A DNA stretch of 32,000 bases, taken from NCBI RefSeq assembly GCF_000186885.1, contig NC_014972.1, forward strand, positions 1,470,001 through 1,502,000, read 5' to 3'. Both the position numbers and the translations under genes were made by a program. This DNA comes from Desulfobulbus propionicus DSM 2032 (lineage in GTDB: Bacteria; Desulfobacterota; Desulfobulbia; Desulfobulbales; Desulfobulbaceae). The notes under the pieces are model-generated. The model worked only from the letters and a program-made list of their open reading frames with translations. It ran no database searches and was not told where the DNA came from. Of the stretch, positions 18,433-27,432 are shown piece after piece (the stretch's first letter is position 1; each line of letters opens with the position of its first letter).

Positions 18433-18462
18433 AAGCAAAGGCGTTCAAAGCCTTTGCTTTTT
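18433..18462 (+). terminator. Plus-strand rho-independent terminator-like hairpin between pyrE and glmS
   Basis: AAGCAAAGGC-GTTCAAA-GCCTTTGCTT, 10-bp perfect stem running into TTTTT. Confidence 0.7.
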
Positions 18463-18602
18463 ATACAGCTGAAGACGTTTTTTACCGTGAATGCCTTGTT
18501 TTCGCACATAAAAAGCTGAGCTTGCCCTGTTTTTTTCTCTATCGCTTGCAAGGGAAGAGAGGACGGCTTCGCCTCTTTCCCTCTGATATTGCTTGCATTT
18601 TT

Positions 18603-18630
18603 TTGCTGGCTCGATAACAGTGCTTGTTAT
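18603..18630 (+). promoter_or_regulatory. Possible sigma70 promoter for glmS
   Basis: TTGCTG (18603-18608), 16-nt spacer, TGTTAT (18625-18630). Moderate match only. Confidence 0.35.
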
Positions 18631-18671
18631 GTGGCAGTGTCAATATCCAGGATATCTCCGGGGGTGAGTCA

Positions 18672-20513
18672 ATGTGTGGAATAGTGGGATATGTCGGCAA
18701 CAGACGGGTTGTGCCCATTCTGCTTGAGGGATTGCGGCGGTTGGAATACCGGGGATACGATTCTGCCGGGCTGGTGTATCATTTTGCGAATCGTTTGGTC
18801 CGCCATCGCGCCAAGGGAAAGTTGGCCAATCTCGAGGCAGTGGTCGATGAACAGATCGGAGTGGCCAGCGGCACCGGGCTTGGCCACACCCGTTGGGCAA
18901 CCCATGGAGCTCCCACCGAAAACAACGCTCATCCGCATACCGACTGCACCGGCGAACTGGTGGTGGTGCATAACGGCATCATTGAAAACTACAGTGCGCT
19001 GAAAAATGAATTAACCGCCAAGGGGCATGTGTTCACTTCGGAAACGGATACCGAGGTGCTGGCTCACCTGATCGAGGACTGTCTGAAGGGTGATCTGGTC
19101 GCGGCTGTGCGGGCAGCGCTCACCCGGGTCGAGGGATCCTATGCCATCGGCGTGCTGTGGGCCAAGGAGCCCGAGTTGCTGGTGGCGGCGCGCAATCATA
19201 GCCCCTTGGTGATGGGCGTGACCAATGATTCCTGCCATATTGCCTCGGATATTCCAGCGCTTTTGCCCTACACCCGGGAAGTGATTTTTCTCGATGATCG
19301 TGAAATGGCGGTGCTACGCAAGGGTGGGGCCTATACCATTCTCAGCATTGACGACGGATGTCCGTTGGACAAGACGCTTTCAGTGATCGATTGGAACGCG
19401 TCGATGGCTGAAAAGGCCGGTTATCGACATTTCATGCTCAAGGAGATTTTCGAGCAGCCGCAAGCCATTCTCAACACCGTCAGTGGTCGCATTGTTCCCG
19501 ATACCGGAGTTGTCGATCTCCCGGAAATAGGACTTGATCCTACGATTGTGGAGCGCATCGAGCGGATAGCCCTTGTTGCCTGTGGCACGTCCTGGCATGC
19601 GGCCCTGATCGCCAAGTATTGGATTGAGAAATGGGCTGGCATTCCCGTGGAAGTCGATATCGCCTCTGAATTTCGCTATCGCCGCCTGTTGGTCAATGAG
19701 CGGGTGTTGACCATCGCCATTTCCCAGTCCGGTGAAACCGCCGATACCTTGGCGGGAATCCGCCGGGCTGCGCAACTTGGTTCCCGCGTGGTGACCGTGT
19801 GCAATGTGGTCGGTTCCACCATGACCCGGGAAGCCGATGGCGTTATTTATACCCATGCTGGTCCTGAGATTGGGGTCGCCTCCACCAAGGCCTTTACCTG
19901 CCAACTGGCAGCCCTTTTTCTCTTAACCATTTATCTGGGGCAGATACGAAAAACCATCGACCCCCTTGTCCAGAAAAAACTTGGAGCTGCCCTGCTTGAG
20001 TGCGCCGAGGTGATCGGCACGGAATTGCCCCGTCTGCAGGCGGAAATCAGCACGCTGATCGAGCGGTATTACGAGGCCAAGGACTTCCTGTTTGTCGGGC
20101 GGGGATTGAATTTTCCCGTCGCTTTGGAGGGGGCGCTGAAACTCAAGGAAATTTCCTATATCCATGCCGAAGGATATGCCGCGGGTGAACTCAAGCACGG
20201 GCCGATTGCCCTGATTGATCGCGACATGCCGGTTGTCGCCTTGGCTCCTCGGGATTCGGTGTATCTCAAGACCGTTTCCAATATCGAGGAAATCAAGGCG
20301 CGGCAGGGCCGCCTGCTGTTATTCGGAACGAGCGGTGACGAGCACCTGTCCACCCTGACCGAGGATGTTATTTCTTTGCCCGAAGTACACGAAGACCTCA
20401 ATCCATTGCTGTACACTATTCCAGCGCAGCTGCTCGCCTACGAAATCGCCAACCGGCGAGGCTGCGACGTGGATCAACCGCGCAATCTGGCCAAGAGCGT
20501 CACGGTCGAATGA
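18672..20513 (+). CDS. glmS: Glutamine--fructose-6-phosphate aminotransferase (isomerizing)
   Basis: MCGIVGYVGNRR with N-terminal catalytic Cys, GHTRWATHGAPTENNAHPHTD, SIS domains with SGETADTLAGIR, terminal NLAKSVTVE. Confidence 0.98.
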   Translation: MCGIVGYVGNRRVVPILLEGLRRLEYRGYDSAGLVYHFANRLVRHRAKGKLANLEAVVDEQIGVASGTGLGHTRWATHGAPTENNAHPHTDCTGELVVVHNGIIENYSALKNELTAKGHVFTSETDTEVLAHLIEDCLKGDLVAAVRAALTRVEGSYAIGVLWAKEPELLVAARNHSPLVMGVTNDSCHIASDIPALLPYTREVIFLDDREMAVLRKGGAYTILSIDDGCPLDKTLSVIDWNASMAEKAGYRHFMLKEIFEQPQAILNTVSGRIVPDTGVVDLPEIGLDPTIVERIERIALVACGTSWHAALIAKYWIEKWAGIPVEVDIASEFRYRRLLVNERVLTIAISQSGETADTLAGIRRAAQLGSRVVTVCNVVGSTMTREADGVIYTHAGPEIGVASTKAFTCQLAALFLLTIYLGQIRKTIDPLVQKKLGAALLECAEVIGTELPRLQAEISTLIERYYEAKDFLFVGRGLNFPVALEGALKLKEISYIHAEGYAAGELKHGPIALIDRDMPVVALAPRDSVYLKTVSNIEEIKARQGRLLLFGTSGDEHLSTLTEDVISLPEVHEDLNPLLYTIPAQLLAYEIANRRGCDVDQPRNLAKSVTVE

Positions 20514-20556
20514 CCTGACCGCTCGCTTTTTTTCATCGCCTTTTTCTTTCCTTTCG

Positions 20557-20585
20557 CGAGTCTGGGGATCTTTTCCCCAGACTCG
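20557..20585 (+). terminator. Hairpin downstream of glmS, likely terminator
   Basis: CGAGTCTGGGGA-TCTTT-TCCCCAGACTCG, 12-bp perfect stem 44 nt after the glmS stop. No long U-tract follows. Confidence 0.6.
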
Positions 20586-20747
20586 TTCCTTGCCGTGCTC
20601 CATATCCGTGTTTCGGTGACAGGGGCGATATTCACGGTTCTTTTCGCATGCGAAAGTTCCAGTCCTCGTTGTTATTCGCCTAGAATAATGAAAGAAATGG
20701 AATTTTTTCCGACAACTGGATTGCCGGCGTTTGGCGCATAATTTTCT

Positions 20748-20777
20748 TGCATACATTCATGGATGTATGTATATAGT
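20748..20777 (+). promoter_or_regulatory. Promoter with embedded AcrR/TetR-type operator upstream of the RND operon
   Basis: TTGCAT (20748-20753), 18-nt spacer, TATAGT (20772-20777). CATACAT-TCATGG-ATGTATG (20750-20769) is a near-perfect 20-bp palindrome overlapping the spacer. Confidence 0.65.
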
Positions 20778-20847
20778 TCCGGTTTTCCATACTCCTGTTC
20801 GGGATACCGACAGTGCTGTTCGCGAATTCTTTGGAGGGCTATACGCC

Positions 20848-22050
20848 ATGAAAAAAATACTCCGTCAATCCTTTGTGATCCTTGCTATGCTCGCCGGAGG
20901 ATTCCTGACAGGCGCATGCAAGGATGGCGCCCAACCAACGCCCGCCGCCGGAGGACCGGTGGAAGTGGAGGTCGTCACCCTGCAACCGCAGCCGGTCCAT
21001 CTCGTCGTGGAGCTTCCGGGGCGGACAGCTGCCTTTCGCATCGCCGAGGTACGTCCCCAGGTGGGAGGGATCATCCAGAAGCGGCTGTTTACCGAGGGCA
21101 GCGAGGTCAAGGCCGGGCAGTTGCTCTATCAGATCGATCCCGCCACCTATCAAGCCAGTTACGACAGCGCCAAAGCGGCTCTTGCCAAGGCCGAGGCCCT
21201 GGAGCATTCCGCCAGCCTCAAGGCTGAACGATACCGTGTGCTGGTGCGCACCAAGGCGGTGAGCGAGCAGGAACAGATCGAGATCGAGGCCGGTTGGAAA
21301 CAAGCGGTCGCCGACGTGGCGGCCGCCAAGGCCGCCCTGGCCAGCGCCCGAATTAATCTTGACTACACCCGGGTGACCGCCCCCATTTCGGGGCGGATCG
21401 GTAAGTCGAGCGTCACCGAGGGTGCCCTGGTCACCGCGCAACAGAGCGCCGCGCTTGCCACCATTCAACAGTTGGATCCCCTGTATGTCGATGTCAGTCA
21501 GTCTAGTACTGAACTGCTTGATTTGAAAAAAGAAGTGGCGGCAGGCTCCGCTGCGGGAGGGGAAAAAACCAAATCCGAGGTCACGGTGCTCCTTGAAGAC
21601 GGCTCCGAATATCGGCATACAGGCAGCCTGGAATTTTCCGACGTGACCGTCAATCAGACCACGGGCACGGTCACCCTTCGGGCGATTGTCGGCAATCCCG
21701 ATCAGGAGTTATTGCCGGGAATGTTTGTTCGCGCGCGGATCGACAAGGGGCAGAAGCCGGCGGCCATCCTCGTGCCCGCGGCGAGTATCAGCCGTAACAG
21801 CAAGGGACAGGCCATGGTCATGGTGGTCAACAAGGCATCAACGGTCGAGAATCGGATCGTGCACACCGGGCAGAATATCGGAACGCGGATTCTGATCGCG
21901 GACGGATTGACCGCTGGAGAACAGGTGATTGTCGCCGGGCTGCAGAAGATCAAACCCGGAGTTCCGGTCAAGGTGATCGAGCAGGCCATTGATAACCAAT
22001 CGAGTCAAACGGCCTCCGGCGTTGCGGCGACGGCAGCCAAGACGGAGTGA
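20848..22050 (+). CDS. RND efflux periplasmic adaptor (AcrA/MexA-like) lipoprotein
   Basis: MKKILRQSFVILAMLAGGFLTGAC lipobox, LPGRTAAFRIAEVRPQVGGIIQKRLFTEGSEVKAGQLLYQIDP, YTRVTAPISGRIGKS. GGAGGG Shine-Dalgarno before ATG 20848. Confidence 0.95.
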   Translation: MKKILRQSFVILAMLAGGFLTGACKDGAQPTPAAGGPVEVEVVTLQPQPVHLVVELPGRTAAFRIAEVRPQVGGIIQKRLFTEGSEVKAGQLLYQIDPATYQASYDSAKAALAKAEALEHSASLKAERYRVLVRTKAVSEQEQIEIEAGWKQAVADVAAAKAALASARINLDYTRVTAPISGRIGKSSVTEGALVTAQQSAALATIQQLDPLYVDVSQSSTELLDLKKEVAAGSAAGGEKTKSEVTVLLEDGSEYRHTGSLEFSDVTVNQTTGTVTLRAIVGNPDQELLPGMFVRARIDKGQKPAAILVPAASISRNSKGQAMVMVVNKASTVENRIVHTGQNIGTRILIADGLTAGEQVIVAGLQKIKPGVPVKVIEQAIDNQSSQTASGVAATAAKTE

Positions 22051-22053
22051 ACC

Positions 22054-25000
22054 ATGGCCCGCTTTTTTATTGACCGGCCCATTTTTGCCTGGGTCATCGC
22101 CATCGTCATCATGCTGGCCGGCGCGCTTTCCATCATGCGCCTGCCAATATCCCAATATCCGGAGATCGCGCCGCCCTCGGTACAGATCACCTCCAAGTAC
22201 CCCGGCGCGTCGGCCAAGACCATCGAGGACAGCGTCACCCAGATCATCGAGCAGAACATGAATGGACTCGACAATCTGCTGTACATGAACTCGCAGAGTT
22301 CCTCGACCGGCCAGGTCACCATCACCCTGACCTTCGAGGCCGGCACCGATCCGGATATCGCCCAGGTGCAGGTGCAGAATAAACTGCAACAGGCGCTCAG
22401 CCTCCTGCCCGAGGAGGTTCAGGACGAAGGGGTGCAGGTGACCAAGTCCAACTCGACCTTTCTCATGATCGTCGGTCTGATCTCGGAAGACGGCAGCATG
22501 GACAAAAACGATCTGTCCGATTTCATGGTTTCGACCCTGCGCGATCCCCTCAGCCGGACCCGGGGCGTGGGCTCGATTCGCATCTTTGGCAGCCAATACG
22601 CCATGCGTATCTGGCTCGATCCCCATAAACTCAACAGCTACCAGCTCACCCCGGTGGATATCAAGGCCGCCATCCAGGCCCAGAACAACCAAGTGGCCGT
22701 GGGTGATCTCGGCGGCACGCCGTCCACTGCCGGCACCCAGGTCAACGCCAGCATGATGGCCCAAACCAAGATGAGTTCGCCCGAGCAGTTTGCCCAGATC
22801 CTCTTGAAGGTCAACAGTGACGGCTCCCAGATTCGGCTTCGGGACGTGGCCCGAGTGGAGATCGGCGGCGAAACCTACGATTCGTTGACCACTTTCAACG
22901 GCATGCCGGCCTCCGGCATGGCGATCATGCTGGCCACCGGCGCCAATGCGCTCGACACCGCCAAGGCGGTACGCGACAAGCTGGCTGATCTGCAACCCTA
23001 CTTTCCGGCAGGCGTGTCCGTGGTCTATCCCTACGATACCACCACTTTCATCAAGATCTCGATTGAGGAGGTCGCCCATACCCTGGTGGAGGCCATTATT
23101 CTGGTCTTTCTGGTTATGTACCTGTTTCTTCAGAATTTTCGCGCTACCCTCATCCCGACCATCGCCGTGCCCGTGGTCTTGCTCGGTACCTTCGGGGTCA
23201 TGGCGGCCTTTGGCTTTTCCATCAATACCCTGACCATGTTTGGCTTGGTGCTGGCCATCGGTCTCTTGGTCGATGACGCCATCGTGGTGGTCGAAAACGT
23301 CGAGCGGATCATGGCCGAGGAGGGTTTGTCGCCGCTGGAGGCCACGCGCAAGTCCATGGATCAGATCACCGGCGCCCTGATCGGCATCGCCCTGGTATTG
23401 TCGGCGGTATTCGTGCCCATGGCCTTTTTCGGCGGCTCCACCGGCGCCATTTATCGCCAGTTCTCCCTGACCATCGTCTCGGCCATGGTGCTGTCGGTGC
23501 TGGTGGCCCTGATCCTGACGCCGGCCCTGTGCGCCACCTTGCTCAAGCCGGTCAAGAAGGGACACCATGAGCAGAAGCGCGGATTCTTCGGCTGGTTCAA
23601 CCGCACCTTCGAGCGCAGTGCCGACGGCTACCGCAACAGCGTGGCCTATGTGCTGAAGCGTACCGGCCGCTTCGGCCTGATCTATCTCCTGCTCATTGGC
23701 GGCATGGCCTTTTTGTTCACCAAACTGCCGACCTCCTTTTTACCTGAGGAGGATCAGGGGGTTTTTCTCACCATGGTGCAACTGCCCACAGGGGCGACCC
23801 AGGAACGGACCCAGGCTATCCTGAACCAGGTGCGCGATCATTATCTGGTCAAGGAAAAGGAAAACGTCAAGTCCGCCTTCACCGTAGCCGGCTTCAGTTT
23901 CGCCGGCACCGGCCAGAACATGGGCATGGTTTTCGCCCAACTGCGCGACTGGAGTGAACGCAAACGGCCGGAGCAGTCGGTGAGCGGGGTTATCCAGCGG
24001 GCCATGGGCACCTTCATGCAAATCAAGGAAGCCCAAGTCTTTGCCTTTAACCTGCCGTCGATTCCCGCGCTGGGCACCTCCACCGGTTTTGACTTTTTCC
24101 TCCAGGACCGCGCCGGTCTCGGCCACGAGAAGTTGATCGAGGCGCGCAACATGCTGCTCGGGTTGGCAGCGAAAAATCCCAATCTCACCCGGGTGCGGCC
24201 CAATGGCATGGAAGATACGCCGCAGTACAACGTGGACATTGATTTTGAAAAGGCCATGGCCCTGGGCGTGACGGTAAGCGATATCAACACCACCCTTTCC
24301 ACTGCTTGGGGGTCCAGTTACGTCAATGATTTTGTTCATCAGGGCCGGGTCAAGAAGGTGTACGTACAGGCCGATGCGCCCTATCGGATGCAGCCCGAGG
24401 ATCTGGATCATTGGTATGTCCGCAATGCCAACGGCGAGATGGTGCCATTCAGCACCTTCAGCAGCGGCCATTGGAGTTTCGGCTCGCCCCGCCTCGAACG
24501 GTTCAACGGCAACTCGGCGGTGGAGATCGTCGGCGAGGCGGCCCCTGGCAAGTCGAGCGGTGACGCCATGACCCTCATCGGCGATCTGGTGGCGCAGCTC
24601 CCCGCCGGTATCGGCTACGAATGGACCGGCGCTTCCTTCCAGGAGCAGCAGGCCGGTGCCCAGGCGCCCGCGCTGTACGCCATCTCGATCCTGGTGGTCT
24701 TTCTTTGTCTGGCCGCCCTGTACGAAAGCTGGTCGGTGCCGTTCTCGGTCATCCTGGCCGTGCCGCTGGGAGTATTGGGCGCGCTTTCCGCCGCCTATTT
24801 CCGCGGCATGGAGAATGACGTCTACTTCCAGGTCGGTTTGCTGACCACCATCGGTTTGTCGGCAAAAAACGCCATCCTGATTGTCGAGTTCGCCAAACGG
24901 CGCTACGACAAGGGCCGGGATCTAGTTGAGGCCACGGTCAAGGCCTGCCGCCTGCGGCTGCGACCGATCCTGATGACCTCGCTGGCCTTCATGCTCGGGG

Positions 25001-25200
25001 TTTTGCCGCTGGCGATCAGTTCCGGCGCTGGCGCCAACAGCCGCCATGCCATTGGTACCGGCGTGCTGGGCGGCATGCTCTCGGCCACCGTTTTGGCGAT
25101 CTTTTTTATTCCGCTTTTCTTTGTGGTGGTCCTGCGGCTGTTTACAAAGAAACGGCCGGCGGAGACCAACCTCAGCCTGGCCCAAGAGGTGAAACAATGA
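22054..25200 (+). CDS. RND efflux permease, HAE1/AcrB-like
   Basis: [88 protein letters not shown]. Confidence 0.97.
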   Translation: MARFFIDRPIFAWVIAIVIMLAGALSIMRLPISQYPEIAPPSVQITSKYPGASAKTIEDSVTQIIEQNMNGLDNLLYMNSQSSSTGQVTITLTFEAGTDPDIAQVQVQNKLQQALSLLPEEVQDEGVQVTKSNSTFLMIVGLISEDGSMDKNDLSDFMVSTLRDPLSRTRGVGSIRIFGSQYAMRIWLDPHKLNSYQLTPVDIKAAIQAQNNQVAVGDLGGTPSTAGTQVNASMMAQTKMSSPEQFAQILLKVNSDGSQIRLRDVARVEIGGETYDSLTTFNGMPASGMAIMLATGANALDTAKAVRDKLADLQPYFPAGVSVVYPYDTTTFIKISIEEVAHTLVEAIILVFLVMYLFLQNFRATLIPTIAVPVVLLGTFGVMAAFGFSINTLTMFGLVLAIGLLVDDAIVVVENVERIMAEEGLSPLEATRKSMDQITGALIGIALVLSAVFVPMAFFGGSTGAIYRQFSLTIVSAMVLSVLVALILTPALCATLLKPVKKGHHEQKRGFFGWFNRTFERSADGYRNSVAYVLKRTGRFGLIYLLLIGGMAFLFTKLPTSFLPEEDQGVFLTMVQLPTGATQERTQAILNQVRDHYLVKEKENVKSAFTVAGFSFAGTGQNMGMVFAQLRDWSERKRPEQSVSGVIQRAMGTFMQIKEAQVFAFNLPSIPALGTSTGFDFFLQDRAGLGHEKLIEARNMLLGLAAKNPNLTRVRPNGMEDTPQYNVDIDFEKAMALGVTVSDINTTLSTAWGSSYVNDFVHQGRVKKVYVQADAPYRMQPEDLDHWYVRNANGEMVPFSTFSSGHWSFGSPRLERFNGNSAVEIVGEAAPGKSSGDAMTLIGDLVAQLPAGIGYEWTGASFQEQQAGAQAPALYAISILVVFLCLAALYESWSVPFSVILAVPLGVLGALSAAYFRGMENDVYFQVGLLTTIGLSAKNAILIVEFAKRRYDKGRDLVEATVKACRLRLRPILMTSLAFMLGVLPLAISSGAGANSRHAIGTGVLGGMLSATVLAIFFIPLFFVVVLRLFTKKRPAETNLSLAQEVKQ

Positions 25201-26624
25201 AGGTCTTGCACACGAGATGGCTCGCTGCCGTGCTGATGGCCGGGGCGTTGGGCGGTTGCACCCTGGCTCCGGAGTACCGCCGGCCTGAACTGCCGGTGGC
25301 CGACGCGCTGCCCGTCGGTCAGCAAAGCCCGATCAGTCCGGCCTCGGCCAATGGCGCGGCCGTGCTCAGTGCCGAACTCGCCTGGCGGGAGTATTTTGCC
25401 GATCCCCGGTTGCAGCAACTGCTGACCCTGGCTCTGGCCAACAACCGGGACCTGCGCGCCTCGGCCCTCAATGTCGAGGCCTATCAGGCCCAGTATCGTA
25501 TCCAGCGTTCCGCTCTGTTTCCGTCCATCAGCGGCGAAGGCAGCGGCACCAAGCAACGAACGCTCAGCGGCAGCAGTTATGTGACCTCTGAGATATACAC
25601 GGTTTCGGTGGGGATGACCGCCTATGAACTCGACCTGTACGGCCGGGTGCGCAATCTCAAGGACCAGGCCCTGGAACAGTATCTGGCCATGGAGGAGACC
25701 CATCGCAGTGCCCGGCTCGGTCTGGTGGCCGAGGTGGCTCGCGCCTACCTGACCTGGCTGGCCGATCGGGAACTGCTGACCACCACCGAGGACACCCTGC
25801 GGGTCGAAGAGGAGTCGTTCCAGCTCATCGAGCAACGGGAACGCGAGGGTATCGCCACCCAGTTGGATCTGGCCCAGGCGCGCACCAGCCTGGAAACGGC
25901 GCGGGCCAATCGTTCCCTGTATCAGCGGATGGTCGCCCAGGATATCAACAACCTGGTGCTGCTGGTCGGCACGCCCCTGTCTCCTTCGTTGTTCAAGGAT
26001 GCGGCACCATTGAACGCCCAGGCGATCGGTGCACGGCTGCCGGCTCAACTGCCCTCTTCCCTCCTGTTGCAGCGACCGGACATCATGGCGGCGGAGCACG
26101 AACTCAAGGGCGCAAACGCCAACATCGGCGCAGCGCGGGCCGCTTTTTTCCCGTCCATCAGCCTGACCGCCAAAACCGGCGCGATCAGCGGCGATCTTTC
26201 CGATCTGTTTGATGGCGACTCGGGCTCCTGGCTGTTCTCGCCGTCGATCAACCTGCCGATCTTCACTGCCGGCCGCCTGCGGGCCGAGCTCGATGTGGCC
26301 AAGATCCGCAAGGACATTACCGTGGCCCAGTATGAAAAGGCCATCCAGACGGCCTTCCGCGAGGCGGCGGACACCCTGGTCGCCAGCGGCACCTTTGTGC
26401 AGCAGGTGGCGGCACAAAAGGCCAATCTTGCCGCCAATCAGGAGTACCATACCCTGGCCAAGGCCCGTTATCAGCAGGGGTTGGACAGCTTTCTCACCCT
26501 GCTCGATGCCCAACGCTCACTCTACAGCGCCCGGCAGCGGTATATCGCCGTGCAGCTGTCCCAACTGCTCAACCAGGTGGACCTGTACAAGGCACTGGGT
26601 GGTGGCTGGAAGGATCGGTCGTGA
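25197..26624 (+). CDS. RND outer-membrane factor, NodT/OprM-like lipoprotein
   Basis: Lipobox [28 protein letters not shown] and C-terminal [24 protein letters not shown] overlap with the permease gene. Confidence 0.95.
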   Translation: MKVLHTRWLAAVLMAGALGGCTLAPEYRRPELPVADALPVGQQSPISPASANGAAVLSAELAWREYFADPRLQQLLTLALANNRDLRASALNVEAYQAQYRIQRSALFPSISGEGSGTKQRTLSGSSYVTSEIYTVSVGMTAYELDLYGRVRNLKDQALEQYLAMEETHRSARLGLVAEVARAYLTWLADRELLTTTEDTLRVEEESFQLIEQREREGIATQLDLAQARTSLETARANRSLYQRMVAQDINNLVLLVGTPLSPSLFKDAAPLNAQAIGARLPAQLPSSLLLQRPDIMAAEHELKGANANIGAARAAFFPSISLTAKTGAISGDLSDLFDGDSGSWLFSPSINLPIFTAGRLRAELDVAKIRKDITVAQYEKAIQTAFREAADTLVASGTFVQQVAAQKANLAANQEYHTLAKARYQQGLDSFLTLLDAQRSLYSARQRYIAVQLSQLLNQVDLYKALGGGWKDRS

Positions 26625-26715
26625 GTGCCCGCTTACACTCTGAGCGGCAGGCTGGACAACGGAGGGAAAGTCGATTGAGCAGGCTTCGATCGACAAAGCG
26701 TGGAGCACGGTAACT

Positions 26716-27351
26716 ATGGCACGCAAAACAAAAGAGGAGGCGCAAGAGACTCGCAGCGCCATCCTTGATGCAGCGGTACGGGTCTTTGCCGTCAAAGGGA
26801 TGGCGCATTCGTCCTTGGCTGATATTGCCCAGGAGGCCGGCGTGACCAGGGGAGCCATTTATTGGCATTTTGCCAACAAAGAGGACCTGCTCAACACGTT
26901 GTGGGACCAGGTGCTGCAGTTGTACGCGCCGCTGGCCCAGGCCAGTGAAAGCCGGGGTGAACCGGATCCGCTCGGCAAATTGAAAGCCCTGTACCTCTCC
27001 TTTTTCACGGGTTTGGTTGAGGACCAGCGTCAGCAGCAGCTGTTTCGCATCTTGTTCGATGACAGCAACCGCAACAAGGAAACCGATGCCATCCGCCAGC
27101 GCCACCTCGTTTGCCGCCAGGAGCGATTCATCGGCCTGCAGACGGTGTTGCGCAATGCTCGCGACCGGGGACAACTCTCGAAAGATACTGATATTCACCT
27201 GGGAGCGGTGGCTGTTCTTTCCTTTATTCACGGCATGATCGCCAACTGGGTCATGACGCCTGAGCTTTTTGATATCAAACAACAGGGGCCGATGTTGATC
27301 GACGCCCTGATTCAGATGCTGCAGAGCGGCGTCATCGCCCGTTCGTCCTAA
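26716..27351 (+). CDS. TetR/AcrR-family transcriptional regulator
   Basis: ETRSAILDAAVRVFAVKGMAHSSLADIAQEAGVTRGAIYWHFANKEDLL is an AcrR-like helix-turn-helix. Confidence 0.93.
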   Translation: MARKTKEEAQETRSAILDAAVRVFAVKGMAHSSLADIAQEAGVTRGAIYWHFANKEDLLNTLWDQVLQLYAPLAQASESRGEPDPLGKLKALYLSFFTGLVEDQRQQQLFRILFDDSNRNKETDAIRQRHLVCRQERFIGLQTVLRNARDRGQLSKDTDIHLGAVAVLSFIHGMIANWVMTPELFDIKQQGPMLIDALIQMLQSGVIARSS

Positions 27352-27373
27352 CTTCCTTTCGTTCTACCTTTTG

Positions 27374-27395
27374 CCACCGGGGAATTCCCCGGTGG
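27374..27395. terminator. 22-bp perfect palindrome between convergent operons, possible bidirectional terminator
   Basis: CCACCGGGGAATTCCCCGGTGG, lying between the tetR stop (27351) and the RND permease stop (27433). No U-tract on either side. Confidence 0.45.
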
Positions 27396-27432
27396 TGCGC
27401 TGCCCGTGTGTCGCCAGGTTGGGTGCTGAGAG

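Noticed and set aside
18360-18671. Possible glmS riboswitch-ribozyme or tRNA in the pyrE-glmS gap
   Set aside because: No tRNA cloverleaf or glmS ribozyme core recognised; only simple hairpins are supported.
21838-23568. 576-aa minus-strand ORF antisense to the AcrA/AcrB-like genes
   Set aside because: Low-complexity His/Gly/Asp/Gln-rich translation typical of the stop-poor antisense frame of GC-rich genes. The opposite strand encodes an unambiguous RND permease.
24903-26513. 536-aa minus-strand ORF antisense to the permease and outer-membrane factor genes
   Set aside because: Spans the end of one strong gene and most of another in the antisense frame, with no recognisable domain.
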